DNA from: Callorhinchus milii
Taxonomy: Eukaryota
Assembly (NCBI RefSeq): GCF_018977255.1
Contig: NW_024704742.1
Coordinates: forward strand, 119,104,001 to 119,168,000
Direction of reading: 5' to 3'
Length of the DNA stretch: 64,000 bases
Made by a program: the position numbers and the translations under genes. This document shows positions 53,201-64,000 of the stretch, in pieces (the first letter of the stretch is position 1; each line of letters starts with the position of its first letter). The notes under the pieces were generated by a model. That model made no database searches, had not been told where the DNA came from, and saw only the letters and a list, made by a program, of their open reading frames with translations.

Positions 53201-53574
53201 TTTGCTGACTAAGCAAATAATCAGTCAGTGATTCCAATATTCATGATATGACAACATCTCCAATATTTCCACTCAGTAGGGAAATTCCTAGCCTCTTCCC
53301 AGATCCATAACTTCAGCTCAATTGGGAAAAGTCCCATGGGACATTCCATGTGAGTAATAGTGGATGCAATTCTGCAGAATTCCTTGCATCAGTATATTAA
53401 TGCACCAACACCCTGAAACACAAGACAGCTTACACCACTGAAACAGGAACAAGCTATCTCAAGTCCCAATAATATGAATTTTTCAAAAGTAAGTAATTGA
53501 AGCTAACTAAACAATTACATTTTCAAGCCTTTCACCCATTTAGTTGATGGGTTGTGCCTCCACTGAAATAGTTG

Positions 53575-54230
53575 TCAGCTTGGCTCAATTGGCACTTTCC
53601 CATTTGGGTCAGAAGTTTGTGTGTTCAAGCCTCACATTGGATTGTGGGTTCAACAACAACAAAATTAAATTTATAGAGCGCCTTTCATGTTGGGAGGACG
53701 TCCCAAAGCACTGAACAGTCAGGTATCGGGGGCCGAGCATGGGGGAAGGGTGGTGTAGGGGTGAGGGAAGGCAGAGAGGTGGGAGGGAGACCAAAGGCAT
53801 GATCGAAGAGAAGGATCTTGAGAACGACCTTGAAGGAGGCAAGGGAGGAAGCGAGGGGAAGTGTCCGTGGGATGGAGTTCCAGAGTGTGGGGGCAGAGAG
53901 GCTAAAAGCCCTACATTGAGACATTAGTACAGAATCGGGTATAAAACTCCAATACAGTACTAGGGGACTGTTGCATTATCAGAGGAGACATTCTTTGGAT
54001 GAAATATTAATCTGATGTCCTGCATGCTATTTTTCAAGTAGATGTTTAAGATCACAGGCCACTTTTTGAGAAGTGTGTCCTGGCCAACAATCCTCCAGAT
54101 AAATTCATTATTTGTCATGTAGCTGTTTATAGGACAATGGTGCTATGTTTATCTGCATGAAACTACTATAATAATAATTAACCTACAGGGCTCTTAGATC
54201 TTTCAATATAAGGTGCTATAAAAATGTTCA
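53575..54230 (+). mobile_element. Deu-SINE split by a minus-strand L2 3' fragment (~53651-53925)
   Basis: SINE head 53575-53650, L2 tail and 3'UTR (RAFSLSAPTLWNSIP), then Deu core resumes ~53950. Confidence 0.75.
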
Positions 54231-54512
54231 TTTCATACTATTTTTGGCGAGCTTTCATTTCCTATATTTTTGACTTAGAGCTCAATAAATAAAAATAAGA
54301 ACAACTTGCATGTATGTGATGCCCTTTACTGACAGTAGCTCTCAGAGATGCTATCCATGTTGTTACATAGGATAACTTCTGGGAATGCTTCACAAGGATA
54401 GGGTTGGATGTTGTGCAAGGATAAGAGGGCTGTGGCTGTAAGTGATTGAAGAGTTAGATTTTTAGTTTGGATTTAAAGACCGATGGAGAGAACGTGAGAC
54501 AGAGGGTTAGAG

Positions 54513-54681
54513 CAGTGGTGGCCAACCCATGACCCACAGGCCGGAAGTGGCCTGACGAACATTCGCACTAGTCTAAGTGAGTCTATTTTGTTTCCAGTAG
54601 TTACTGAGTGGCAAAGTTTATGGTGGGGCCAAAATTCAAGAATTATTTAATCACGAATAATTATTTGGTTCGTCACCGCTG
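54513..54681. mobile_element. hAT (Charlie-like) non-autonomous MITE, 169 bp
   Basis: 15 bp imperfect TIRs cagtggtggccaacc / ggttcgtcaccgctg (12/15); perfect 8 bp TSD ggttagag at 54505-54512 and 54682-54689. Confidence 0.9.
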
Positions 54682-55404
54682 GGTTAGAGGGAGGGAGTTC
54701 CAGACCTTAGGGGTATAGAGGCTCACGAAGTCTCAAACACCAATGGTGACACAAAGGGCATCGAAAATCAGATAAATCCAAATTCTTCCAAACGTCACAT
54801 TTACAAGATTCGAAATGTAGACTGTGTTTCTCTTGGTCCATTCAAGTGTCTCAGATGAAATTTGAGTAACCTCTTCAACTGTATTATTTAAACAGTTCAG
54901 CTGCTGTGACTCATAGGTGTTCAGCTGTGTTACCATAGCGCTGATAATAAGCGCGTACTAAGTCACCTATGCAAATGTTCATTTATTTATAGTAACACTT
55001 AATATTATGCCATCCCTGCTGTACTCCTTACACCAGTTCAGCTTTGTACCAGCAGCATTCAATTTAGCCTCAGGAGCACTCATTGTAATTGAAGTGTCAT
55101 TAAGCCACCCTGGTAAGTGAAAGCTACACCTCATAAAAAGCCCCTGAAATAACCAGCTAAGTACATGCCGAACTATTTCAGGAAGTTTTGAACATTTGTC
55201 CTGATTCAGCTGTTTAGTTGATTCCAGAGGGAGGTTAGAAATGTATCCAAATGATCAATTTAGCACCTGTTTTATAATACTCTATTGATTGCACTATGAT
55301 AGGTTTTCGAGCGGTGGTGGTGACAGTTGGATATCTCAGTGTTTTTACATGAAAAATCCAATGTTTCCACTGTTTAATTCCTTAGCACTGTTTAATTCCT
55401 TAGT

Positions 55405-55730
55405 GGAGTCCTGCAGCTCAGTGGTTAGAGCACTCGCTTTGCAAGCGAGAGACCTGAGTTCAATTCCAGGCAGGGCGAAACCTTGGGCAAGTTTCCTTAC
55501 TCCACACAGAGCCTAATAATAATCCCTCCAAAAAAAACAAAAAACAATAATAAATTGGTCATTTTCAATCTACGACTGTTTGTGGGACATTGCTGTGCGC
55601 AATTGGCTGCCGCGTTCGCCCACAAATATACAGTCAATTCACTTTACAGTGTGTTCTGTGAAGCGCTTTGGGACGTTCTCCCGACGTGAAAAGCGCTATA
55701 TCAAATGCAAGGAATATTATTAATATTATT
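55405..55730 (+). mobile_element. Young tRNA-headed SINE (TGC-loop subfamily)
   Basis: Near-identical to the other young copies; preceded by an 18 bp tandem duplication. Confidence 0.95.
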
Positions 55731-55789
55731 TAGCAAGTGCAGGACCTTTGGAACAATCTTTTCCTCAATTGGCATTGAGAGATAATAAC

Positions 55790-56130
55790 ATAGCATTTCT
55801 TGCATTTGATATAGCGCCTTATCACGTCATCAAAATTTCTCAATTCACAGTGTGAAGTGTAGTGACTATATACGTACAGGTGAATGTGCCAGCCAATTTG
55901 CACACAGCAATATCCCATAAACAGCCATGAAGTGACTGCCCAGTATTATTTGGGGGATTGTTGGCTAGTATACCAGGAGAAACTCCCTTTACTTTCCAAA
56001 TAGTGCCATGGGGTCTTTAATGTCCACCTGAGCAGACAAATAGGACTTCAGTTTAATATATTATGCAAAAGATGCCACCTCGCACAATGCATTATACCCC
56101 CAGCACCACGTTGGAGCATCAGCCTAGACT
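55790..56130 (-). mobile_element. Deu-SINE lacking head
   Basis: Tail and core 'aatagtgccatggggtctttaatgtccacctgagcagac'. Confidence 0.8.
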
Positions 56131-58021
56131 GAGATACGTCGGAATATCAGGTCGCTTTTCTCTTTGCTTTTTTCTCTAGTTCCTCTATCATTATTTAAGC
56201 AATGGTGATCAGAGAGAGAAAAGAATATTTCCAAGGTTCCGTACAATTGAGATTAACATGTCACGTCACATTCCTACCACCACTGAATGATGATCCCACC
56301 AGTTGGAAGTGCAGAGCTTCAGCAACAGCTGATCACCTTCTGCAAACCAATCAATGTAGATATCAATCAATGTAAATATCAATCAAGGTAGGTATCACTC
56401 GCTGGATGTACAAATGTGCATCATAGCATGTTGAGATGCCACTGATAAACATTTGGTGCCTGGCTCCCATGGTTGAAGACACAGTCTCAACTGCTTTGCA
56501 ACACACAGCAAGTGGTGTGTTACCTAATACCTTTTCAGTTTTCATTGTAATATTATCTTCACTATATCCAGTTTCATTCAGCATAAGATTAGGTGGTCAA
56601 TCTTAACTCATGAACAGTGTGTAAAATACTCACAATTCAACTCAGTCCATCACATAGGGAACACTAACAGTCTCCTCTGAATTATCTTGCTGTTTCTGCT
56701 GCCACTGATCCTATCGTTTGCTCTAGTTTAAAACATCACTAAGCTCCTAGCTGCTAAAAGAGAAACTATTTTCAGCAAATTTTCTCCTTACAATTATAAT
56801 ATTATTGCCTTATTTTTTTAAAAGGCAGATCCTAATAAACCTGCCCATAATCTGAGTTCGAGATCTGCTTTGGCAGTCACATCACCTCATGAAAATCGAT
56901 GGTACTGTAAAACCTGGATACTGTACAATCATGTATTTGTGGTTACTATTGTCTGATCATATTTTACACGGCTGCTCAAGGTGAAATTTAAGTCATTTGT
57001 CTTTAAGGAAGCGTTGGTTATAGTTCCTCTATAGTAGTTCCTTTGGTTTTAGTATCTGCTGGGGGTTTCAGTAATGAGATTAGAATAATAATCCTCACAT
57101 TTGAAGAGGCGCCTATAATATCAAAATATCTCAAAATGTTTCACAGCTTTCAAAGTTTACTGATTGTGTTTGTTGGCAGACGCAGCAGTCAATTTGTGTA
57201 CAGGATTGCCCCACTGAAAATTCCATTGAAATTTGATTCTATGAAAAGTTCCAGAGGGTGGGGGGCAGAGAAGCTGAAGGCACGACTGCTGATGGTGGGG
57301 CTGGCCAGGTGGGGGAAGTGGAGCAGACCGGAGCCTATCGAGTGGAGGGAGAGGACAGGTTGATAGGGAGTTAGCAGGTCACAGAGGTAGGAAGAGCAAG
57401 ACTATGGAGGAACGCTGCACAAGATGTTGCAGGGGCTTGAGGAGACGCTGTTTGTGGAGACAAAGTCAAGACGATGCGAAAGGTATGATTTGAACCGGTC
57501 AAGGACCAGTCAAAGGCAGACAATGGATATCATCAGGCAATGTGCTAGTGCTGAGCATGACACCCAAGCCTGAACTTGTCTTTTGCTGTTGTCTACATAC
57601 ATGTACTGTCTAGCAGAAGTCACAGCATAGCAATCAGGGTGTGCTGTGAGCCCTCCCTAGGCCTAATGATTTGAAACACTTGTAATGCTCCAACTATGGC
57701 CTTAGCAGAGATCTCTGGTCAAGCTGTCCCTAGAGAACCATGTACAGTTCTACTCACCATGGCATAAGGGGATTGCTGTAGGGATAGTGCAGAGGAGAAT
57801 AATGAGGATGATCCCCAGCGTTAAAGGAATAACCCATGAACAGTAATTAGACAAGGGAGGGCTCTTCAGTCTTGCAAAGAGATATCTCGAGAGTACGTTC
57901 TAGAGGTATATATTATTTGAAATGGGATTGAAAAAGTGACCTAGATCAGGACTCATTCTAGAAAAAACAGCTTGGTGCTGAAATGAGAAAACAGTAGGGT
58001 GGATATTCCACCCAATATTCC

Positions 58022-58220
58022 ACTCCAAAAAACAAAACAATACTAAATTTGTCACTTTCAATCCACGACTGTTTGTGGGACACTGCTGTGTGCAATTGGC
58101 TGCCGCGTTTCGCCCACAAATATACAGTCAATTCACTTTACAGTATATTCTGTGAAGCACTTTGAGACATCCAGAAGACGTGAAAAGCGCTATACCAAAT
58201 GCAAGGATTATTATTATTAT
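58022..58220 (+). mobile_element. tRNA-headed SINE family 3' half within CR1 remnants (~57780-58278)
   Basis: 'aatccacgactgtttgtgggacactgctgtgtgcaattggctgccgcgtttcgcccacaaatatacagtc' and tail. Confidence 0.9.
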
Positions 58221-58279
58221 GGTAGGATGAGCTCAATGGGCCGAAGCACCATTTCCAGCTGAACCATTCTTGTGATTGT

Positions 58280-58645
58280 GAAGTCCTGTAGTGTATTGGT
58301 TAGAACTTGCGTCACAAGCGAAGGGACCCGGGTTTGATTCTCGGCCAGGACAAAATCTTAGGCAAGTTCCCTTTCCCCACACCCCTCTGTTTATCTAGCA
58401 GTAAGCAGGAATCCGGTTGTTCCACGATTGGTGGATCGCTTTCCAAGGGGTAATAATACCTTCAAAAAATAAAATAAATAAAAATAATAATTTGGTCACT
58501 CAATTCATGACTGTTTGTGCGCATTTGGCTTCTGCGGTTCACGAAAAAAAATACAGTAAATTCACTTTACAGTGGATTCTGTGACGTGCTTTGAGACATG
58601 AAAGCCTTCACCAATGCTATATCAAATGCAAGGATTATTATTATT
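58280..58645 (+). mobile_element. Oldest-looking tRNA-Val-type SINE copy
   Basis: Head 'gtcctgtagtgtattggtta...gcgtcacaagcgaagggacccgggtttgattctcgg' is closest to vertebrate tRNA-Val(CAC). Confidence 0.85.
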
Positions 58646-59619
58646 GGGTGATCAGTTACCTGCGCAAACAAGGGATTGAATCTAGGACCTTCCTGACTCG
58701 CCTGGTTCAGTTCCACATTGGATCATGCTTTTACCAACTCAGTATTGTAGCAGTGAATGATTCATGAAGCACCTTTTCCTCACTCCAGCAAACAGTGCAA
58801 ACATTGTTAATCTTTGTTTGGGTTGAAAATGCACCACTTCGCAAAGCCATATGCACTCAAATTAACATTTTAATTTCACTTTGTACAGTTACTGTTTTTA
58901 TTCTGGAAAACTTAATGCACTTTTGTGGCAAATTTTTCACTTCATAAAATTCGACAGTGTTACTAAGTGACTGAGAACATTGCCAAAAAACCTCCTGAAG
59001 TATTTCACAAAATGTACAATTTTAAATTGTTTTTTAATACCAGGTTAATCAGTAATTTAGCAACACAGTGACCATTGAACTTTTTTTACTCTAATCTGAC
59101 CATCAGTATGGATAATAAGTGAAGCTTTGCAGAGGGAGCCAATGTGTGAGGTATTTTTGGGAACTGTGTTAAGGCCAAGGTCAGAACCAATTAGAAACAA
59201 ACAAAAACGTGAATAGAGATACGAGGGCGATGGGGACATGATATCCAATACATTAGGGTCATCAACTCTCAGCCCTCAGCTCTTCTTAAAAGAACATTTT
59301 TTATAGCAACTTATAATGCCTCCATGTCTCAAGGTGCTTTGGAGTAATTACTCTCAAGCGTGGCGATTGCTTTTGTAAGCAAACACAACAGCCGTTTTGC
59401 ACAGAGCAAGGTCCCACTGACAGCCATGAGGTGAATGACCAATTTATCTAGGTAATTGTTGGCTAGGACACCAGGCGAAACTCCATTTTCTTTTCTATGG
59501 AATAGTTCCAAGGGACATTTAATATTTATCTGCAGAACAGGCATTCACGACCTTGGTTTGATATCTTATGGATGGTTTGGATCTTCATAAATGCACTCTA
59601 CACTTCACTGAGCCAATAC

Positions 59620-60361
59620 AGAACCTTGGCGTCCTGTTCGACCTTCAACTATCCTTTATCCCCCACATCCGTGCCATGACCTGCTCCACCTTTCTCTACC
59701 TCCGCAACATTGCCCGACTCCACCACTGAAACACTGCAGGCCACCGAGATCCTCATCCACGTGTTCATTACATTCAGGCTCGACTATGCAAACTCACTGC
59801 TTGTCGGCCTCCTCAACTCCTCCCTCCACAGGCTGCAAATCATCCAGAATTCTGCAGCCCTGTCCTCTCCAGCACCAGGCTCCGTGACCCTATCACCCCC
59901 ATCCTCAGCCAGCTCCAATGACTCCCCATCACTCAGAGGATACAATTCAAGAACCTGGTCCTCACCTTCAAAGCCCTCCACGACCTTGCTCTTCCCTACC
60001 TCTGTGACTTCCTAACCCCCTACCAACCTGCCTGCTCTTTAAGCTCAGCAGGCTCTGGGCTGTTTCACGTCCCTCGCCCTGCCTGCCCCACCATCGGTCA
60101 ATGGCCCTTCAGCCTCTCTGTCCACGCCCTCTGGAATTCCATCCCACAGCTCCACCCCACCCTTGCCATCTTCAAAACCCATCTCAAGGACCTCCTCTTC
60201 GACCGTGCTTTCGGTCACCCTCCTACCCATACCCTCCCCGCCCTCCACCCTCCTGATCCCAATCACCAGCTCGGGTGCGGATCCCTGACTGTCCAGCGCC
60301 TTGGGACGTCCGCATGACGTGAAAGGTGCTATTCAAATGTAATTTGTTGTTGTTGTTGTTG
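59620..60361 (+). mobile_element. Longest L2 3' fragment in the window (ORF2 C-terminus, 3'UTR, (TTG)n tail)
   Basis: ATEILIHVFITFRLDYANSLLVGLLNSSLHRLQIIQNSAA matches L2 L.HA..TSRLDYCNSLL.GLP....LQ.IQN.AAR; frameshifted. Confidence 0.93.
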
Positions 60362-60814
60362 AACCTACAACCTTATAAGCCAGTGGTGAGTGTGCAACTA
60401 ACAAACTGTCGATCCCAACTGTAATGAAAATGCTCGAAGTTACTTGACAATGGATGCAAAGGATACAATTATTTATATTACCACCCATAGGGACAATGCT
60501 AACAGCAAATACAGAATACGGATTTTCAGGTAAAATCCCAATTGGTGTTATGCATAGAGACTGGAGATGTGTGATTATAATGGGGGAAACTCCATTAATG
60601 GCTAACCTTGTCAATGATGCTATGCATATTGCTGACTGGAATTTCAGTCTGCGTATCCATAACATTTCTGCTACTGGGGAAAAATCTTATCGCCTCTATT
60701 AGTGTGAAAAGTTTCCACTTGCACCACTGCTTGATTGACACCTACCTATTACCACTGAGTCACCACATCTGACATTCAATCCTGAGCAAATTGTCATAGC
60801 CGCAAGATCATGAG

Positions 60815-61195
60815 AGAATTACAGAGAATCTAGAGCACAGAAACAAGCCATTTGGCCCAGCTAAACCGTGCCAGTGTTTATCCTCCCCTATCCTAGCTTC
60901 CCACTTCTCCATAAACTCTGTTCCTTTCTCCCTCATTTATGCATTGTTTTTTCTTAAAGCATTAATGCTTTCTGATTCAACCACAGCTTCTGACAGTGAG
61001 TTCCACAGTATCTGTGTAAAGTTGTTCCTCTTAAATTATCTGTGATATCTGCTGTTGACTACCTTATATTTATTCCCCCTTGTTATGGACTCACCAACAA
61101 GTGGAAACAGTCTATTTATGTTCTATAATTGACCCTCTTCAGAATTTTAAACACCTCTGTCAGCTTCCCTCGCAATTGTCTCATTGCCAGGGAAA
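60815..61195 (-). mobile_element. CR1 3' fragment
   Basis: MRQLRGKLTEVFKILKRVN; 3' end 'agcacagaaacaagccatttggcccagc'. Confidence 0.85.
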
Positions 61196-61349
61196 CATTA
61201 TCACCTGGAGTGATGATGCTAACAGTAAATATAGCATTGAACTTTAGAGGTGAAATTCCAGTTAGTTTTATGTGTAGCAGCTTTGGAGATGTGTGATTAT
61301 ACACACATATAAACGCTTGTATGTATGTGTAAATAGATATAATATTTGT

Positions 61350-62003
61350 GGTTCATCTGGTAGTACTCTCGCCTCTGAGTCAGAAGGTTGCGGGTTTAAG
61401 CCCCACATCATCAGTTTGAATTCACAGTTTAGGCTGACACTCCAGGGCAGTGCTGGGAGGGTGCTGCATTTCTGGCAATTCTGGATCGCTTTTTCAGGGG
61501 TAATAATCACTTCAAAATAAATAAATAAAATAGTAATAATTTGGTCTCTCAAATCACGACTGTTTGCTGTGCACAAGTGGCTGTCACATTTCGCCGACAA
61601 AATATACAGTCAATTACTATATTTTGTGAAGCATTTTGAGATGCTTTGAAAACGTGATAAGGTACTATCCAATGCAAAAATTATTATTATTATTACTTTC
61701 AGAAGTACTGTCCTTTGGATGAAATGTTAGCCTAAGTCTCGATTGCTTGTTCAAGAGAATATTAAAGGTTCCATGGTACTACTCGAAAAGTGAAGAGAGT
61801 TTTTCCTGGTGTCATGTCGAACAACCCCTCAAATAAAATTAATCATTCACTTCACGGTGGATTGTGTGACATTGCTGCATGCAAATTGGCTGCCACTTTC
61901 ACTTACAAAGTACACAGTCACAACACTTAACAGTTAATCCCATGAAGCACTTTGAGATGTCCTCCCAATGTGAAAGCGCTATATCAAATTCAAGGATTAT
62001 TAA
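61350..62003 (+). mobile_element. Deu-SINE split by the 3' part of a tRNA-Val-type SINE (~61480-61696)
   Basis: Head 'ctctcgcctctgagtcagaaggttgcgggtttaagcccc'; Deu core resumes after the inserted tail. Confidence 0.8.
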
Positions 62004-62004
62004 A

Positions 62005-62278
62005 AAGTCCTAACCTGTACAATCTTTCTTGATAGTTCTATCCCCTCATCCCTGTTAACATCCTAGCAAATCTATATTGTATTCTCTCCATTGCCACAAT
62101 ATCCTTTGTGTAGAATGGTGACCAGAATTGTATACAGTACAGTACATACAGTTCTCCAAATGTGGTCTAACCAAGGCTATTAAACAAATTTAACATTACT
62201 TCCCTACTTTTGTATTTTATTCCCCTGGATGTAAAACACAAGACTCCATTTACATTCTTTACAGGCTTATCCACATGA
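62005..62278 (-). mobile_element. CR1 ORF2 remnant
   Basis: 'tacagttctccaaatgtggtctaaccaaggc' reads ALVRPHLENC on the minus strand. Confidence 0.75.
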
Positions 62279-62559
62279 AAGGTTCAGAACATTTGGGATG
62301 AAATAAAGTGAGGCCAGCAGGTTCCTCTCTTATCAGATGGTCAGTGCTTAAAAAAAACATGCAAATGATAGTCAGAAGCCCTTGTGGGGGTTATACACCA
62401 GACAGCTTGCAGGGAAATTTCACACATACAGGAGACTAATATGAAAATGAACCCTAACCATACAAGGTGGATTCAAGTAGAAGGAAACAAACAACATTTA
62501 TTATTGATAAGAATGTTTGCTAGAAAACTAATTTTATCGGCCAGAGATTGCAATTATTT

Positions 62560-62956
62560 GGAGAGAACTTCCACCTGGGTTCAGATTTACTTTATTTATG
62601 TGGCATTTTAGAGCACCCAGAATTCGGCAAATTGTTGAATTTAGTCTTAACTTTGTAATCTGTTTGCTGTAGTTCTTAAAAGAAAAACGGCTTGAAAATT
62701 AAGGCTGAATTTAAGAATCTGCCAAATTCTTGACACTCTGAAATGTTACAGTAAACTCCTCATAACTCGACCCTATCAATAAAGTCTCAAGCTGTCAATT
62801 TCTCAGCCACATTTATTTATGTATTTATACATATTCCTAACTTGCCACTCCGGATAACTCATTATTGAACCCTTTTCCTTTAGAGTGATGAGTTTTAGGA
62901 GTTTACTGTATATATACCTAGAGTAAATCTAGATTCAAATTGGGGAATTTCTCCCC
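62560..62956. mobile_element. Palindromic MITE-like host element
   Basis: Outer inverted ends and long inner inverted arms; related to 25813-26037. Confidence 0.65.
62749..62908. mobile_element. Tc1/mariner-pogo (Tigger-like) MITE, 160 bp
   Basis: TIRs cagtaaactcctcataactc / gagttttaggagtttactg, flanked by TA on both sides. Confidence 0.85.
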
Positions 62957-63571
62957 AATAATGTATTTCCTGCTGGATATCAGTATCCTTTGGGTTTGTC
63001 CTGCATTCTCTCAAATATCTTCGCAAGGTTTTCTCATTGTTCCATTTCTGGACTCCACAGCTCCAGCTTCTTCACTACAGACAGCGTAACTGTCTGGATT
63101 GAATTTTTCCGATCTGGATATAAATCTCACCACATATACATGAGCGAGGAGCAAACCTTGAACTCTCAACCTAGGAGCCACTCTGTGAGCTGTTGACTGT
63201 CAAACCGCCTCATTTATAAGTTTATTTTATGAATCGCTGTTAAAAAAATGTAATCAGGGAAATTAACCCTTGAAAGGTTATTACTCAGGTTTCTTTAGAT
63301 GTAGCTATCTGAATGATAACCCACCAATGTTAAGAGTTCTTTCTAATGAAAAATACGTTAAAGTGATTAGACCTGATGTACAGCTATCTTGCAGAACTTT
63401 GACAGCTTAATTAAAACAGCATTATCGCTATCTCAACCGTTGTTACTTTATATTCTGTTATGCTGAGATTTGTATCCTTACTAACCACTCCTCAAAGATG
63501 AAATATAATTATAATCTTGTCGGACTGTTCCTGATGACAGCAGACTTGTCAGTAAATACTATTAGTAAATA

Positions 63572-63944
63572 CAGCAGATATCCCATTATAATGTGGTGGT
63601 TGGAAAGTGGGTGGATGGAGGGTCCATAAAATCCTAAGCAGCCGTGTAAAAGGGCTTAATTGCTGGTCAACACTTCTGTGTTGCCATGTCACTGACCACT
63701 TGTCCGCTGACATCAAAGAAAGCTGACTGGCTTCTCATACTGAAAAATGTCCAATATTTGGGTTATCAGGTCACTATCAATGTCACTTTCTGTACACAGC
63801 GCTTGTGTAGCAAGCATGCTGGAAGTGACATCGGCGGTAACCTGAGGCCTGGAAGTCAGATATTTTGTCAGCCCATGGGAAGCTGTCTGCAAGTCCATTG
63901 GTCACATCTTATAAGCAAATCTGCATTATAACAGGGTTTTACTT
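63572..63944. mobile_element. Probable old Tigger-like MITE
   Basis: Left 'ta-cagcagatatcccattataatgtgg', right 'ctgcattataacagggttttact' form degenerate TIRs. Confidence 0.5.
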
Positions 63945-64000
63945 TCACCATTGCCCCTATTGCCAGTCTCCCTAGCTCCACCATTCACAAAGTCCCATTG

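Noticed and set aside
56286..56330. C/D box pair (ATGATGA...CTGA), similarly at ~2010-2059
   Set aside because: Too short and no terminal stem
1..64000. CRISPR arrays, operons or prokaryotic defence systems
   Set aside because: No regularly spaced repeats and no long ORFs; the sequence is vertebrate-type repeat-rich DNA

Overview
Eukaryotic, AT-rich, repeat-dense, gene-poor DNA (intergenic or a long intron). The repeat content (Deu-domain SINEs, a tRNA-headed SINE with an L2-type tail, many L2 and CR1 3' fragments, a Penelope-like remnant) suggests a cartilaginous fish, possibly a chimaera; this is inference, not a database result. I recognise no intact protein-coding gene, rRNA, true tRNA or CRISPR array. 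The only ORF-track peptides I can assign are L2 ORF2 remnants and chance ORFs inside SINEs. The best unexplained signal is a ~670 bp local duplication (~31410-32080 vs ~35500-36210). Its ~256 bp core is ~96% identical with no indels and begins exactly at a polypyrimidine+AG splice-acceptor-like site in both copies, while the flanks are heavily diverged. Other observations: a SINE family captured at several ages with its pseudo-anticodon changing CAC > CGC > TGC, long duplications at the 5' junctions of truncated retroelements, a shared double-tailed SINE architecture, a scrambled L2 mosaic, and nested MITEs including a hAT element with a perfect 8 bp TSD. Boundaries of old repeats are approximate and identities were counted or estimated by eye.
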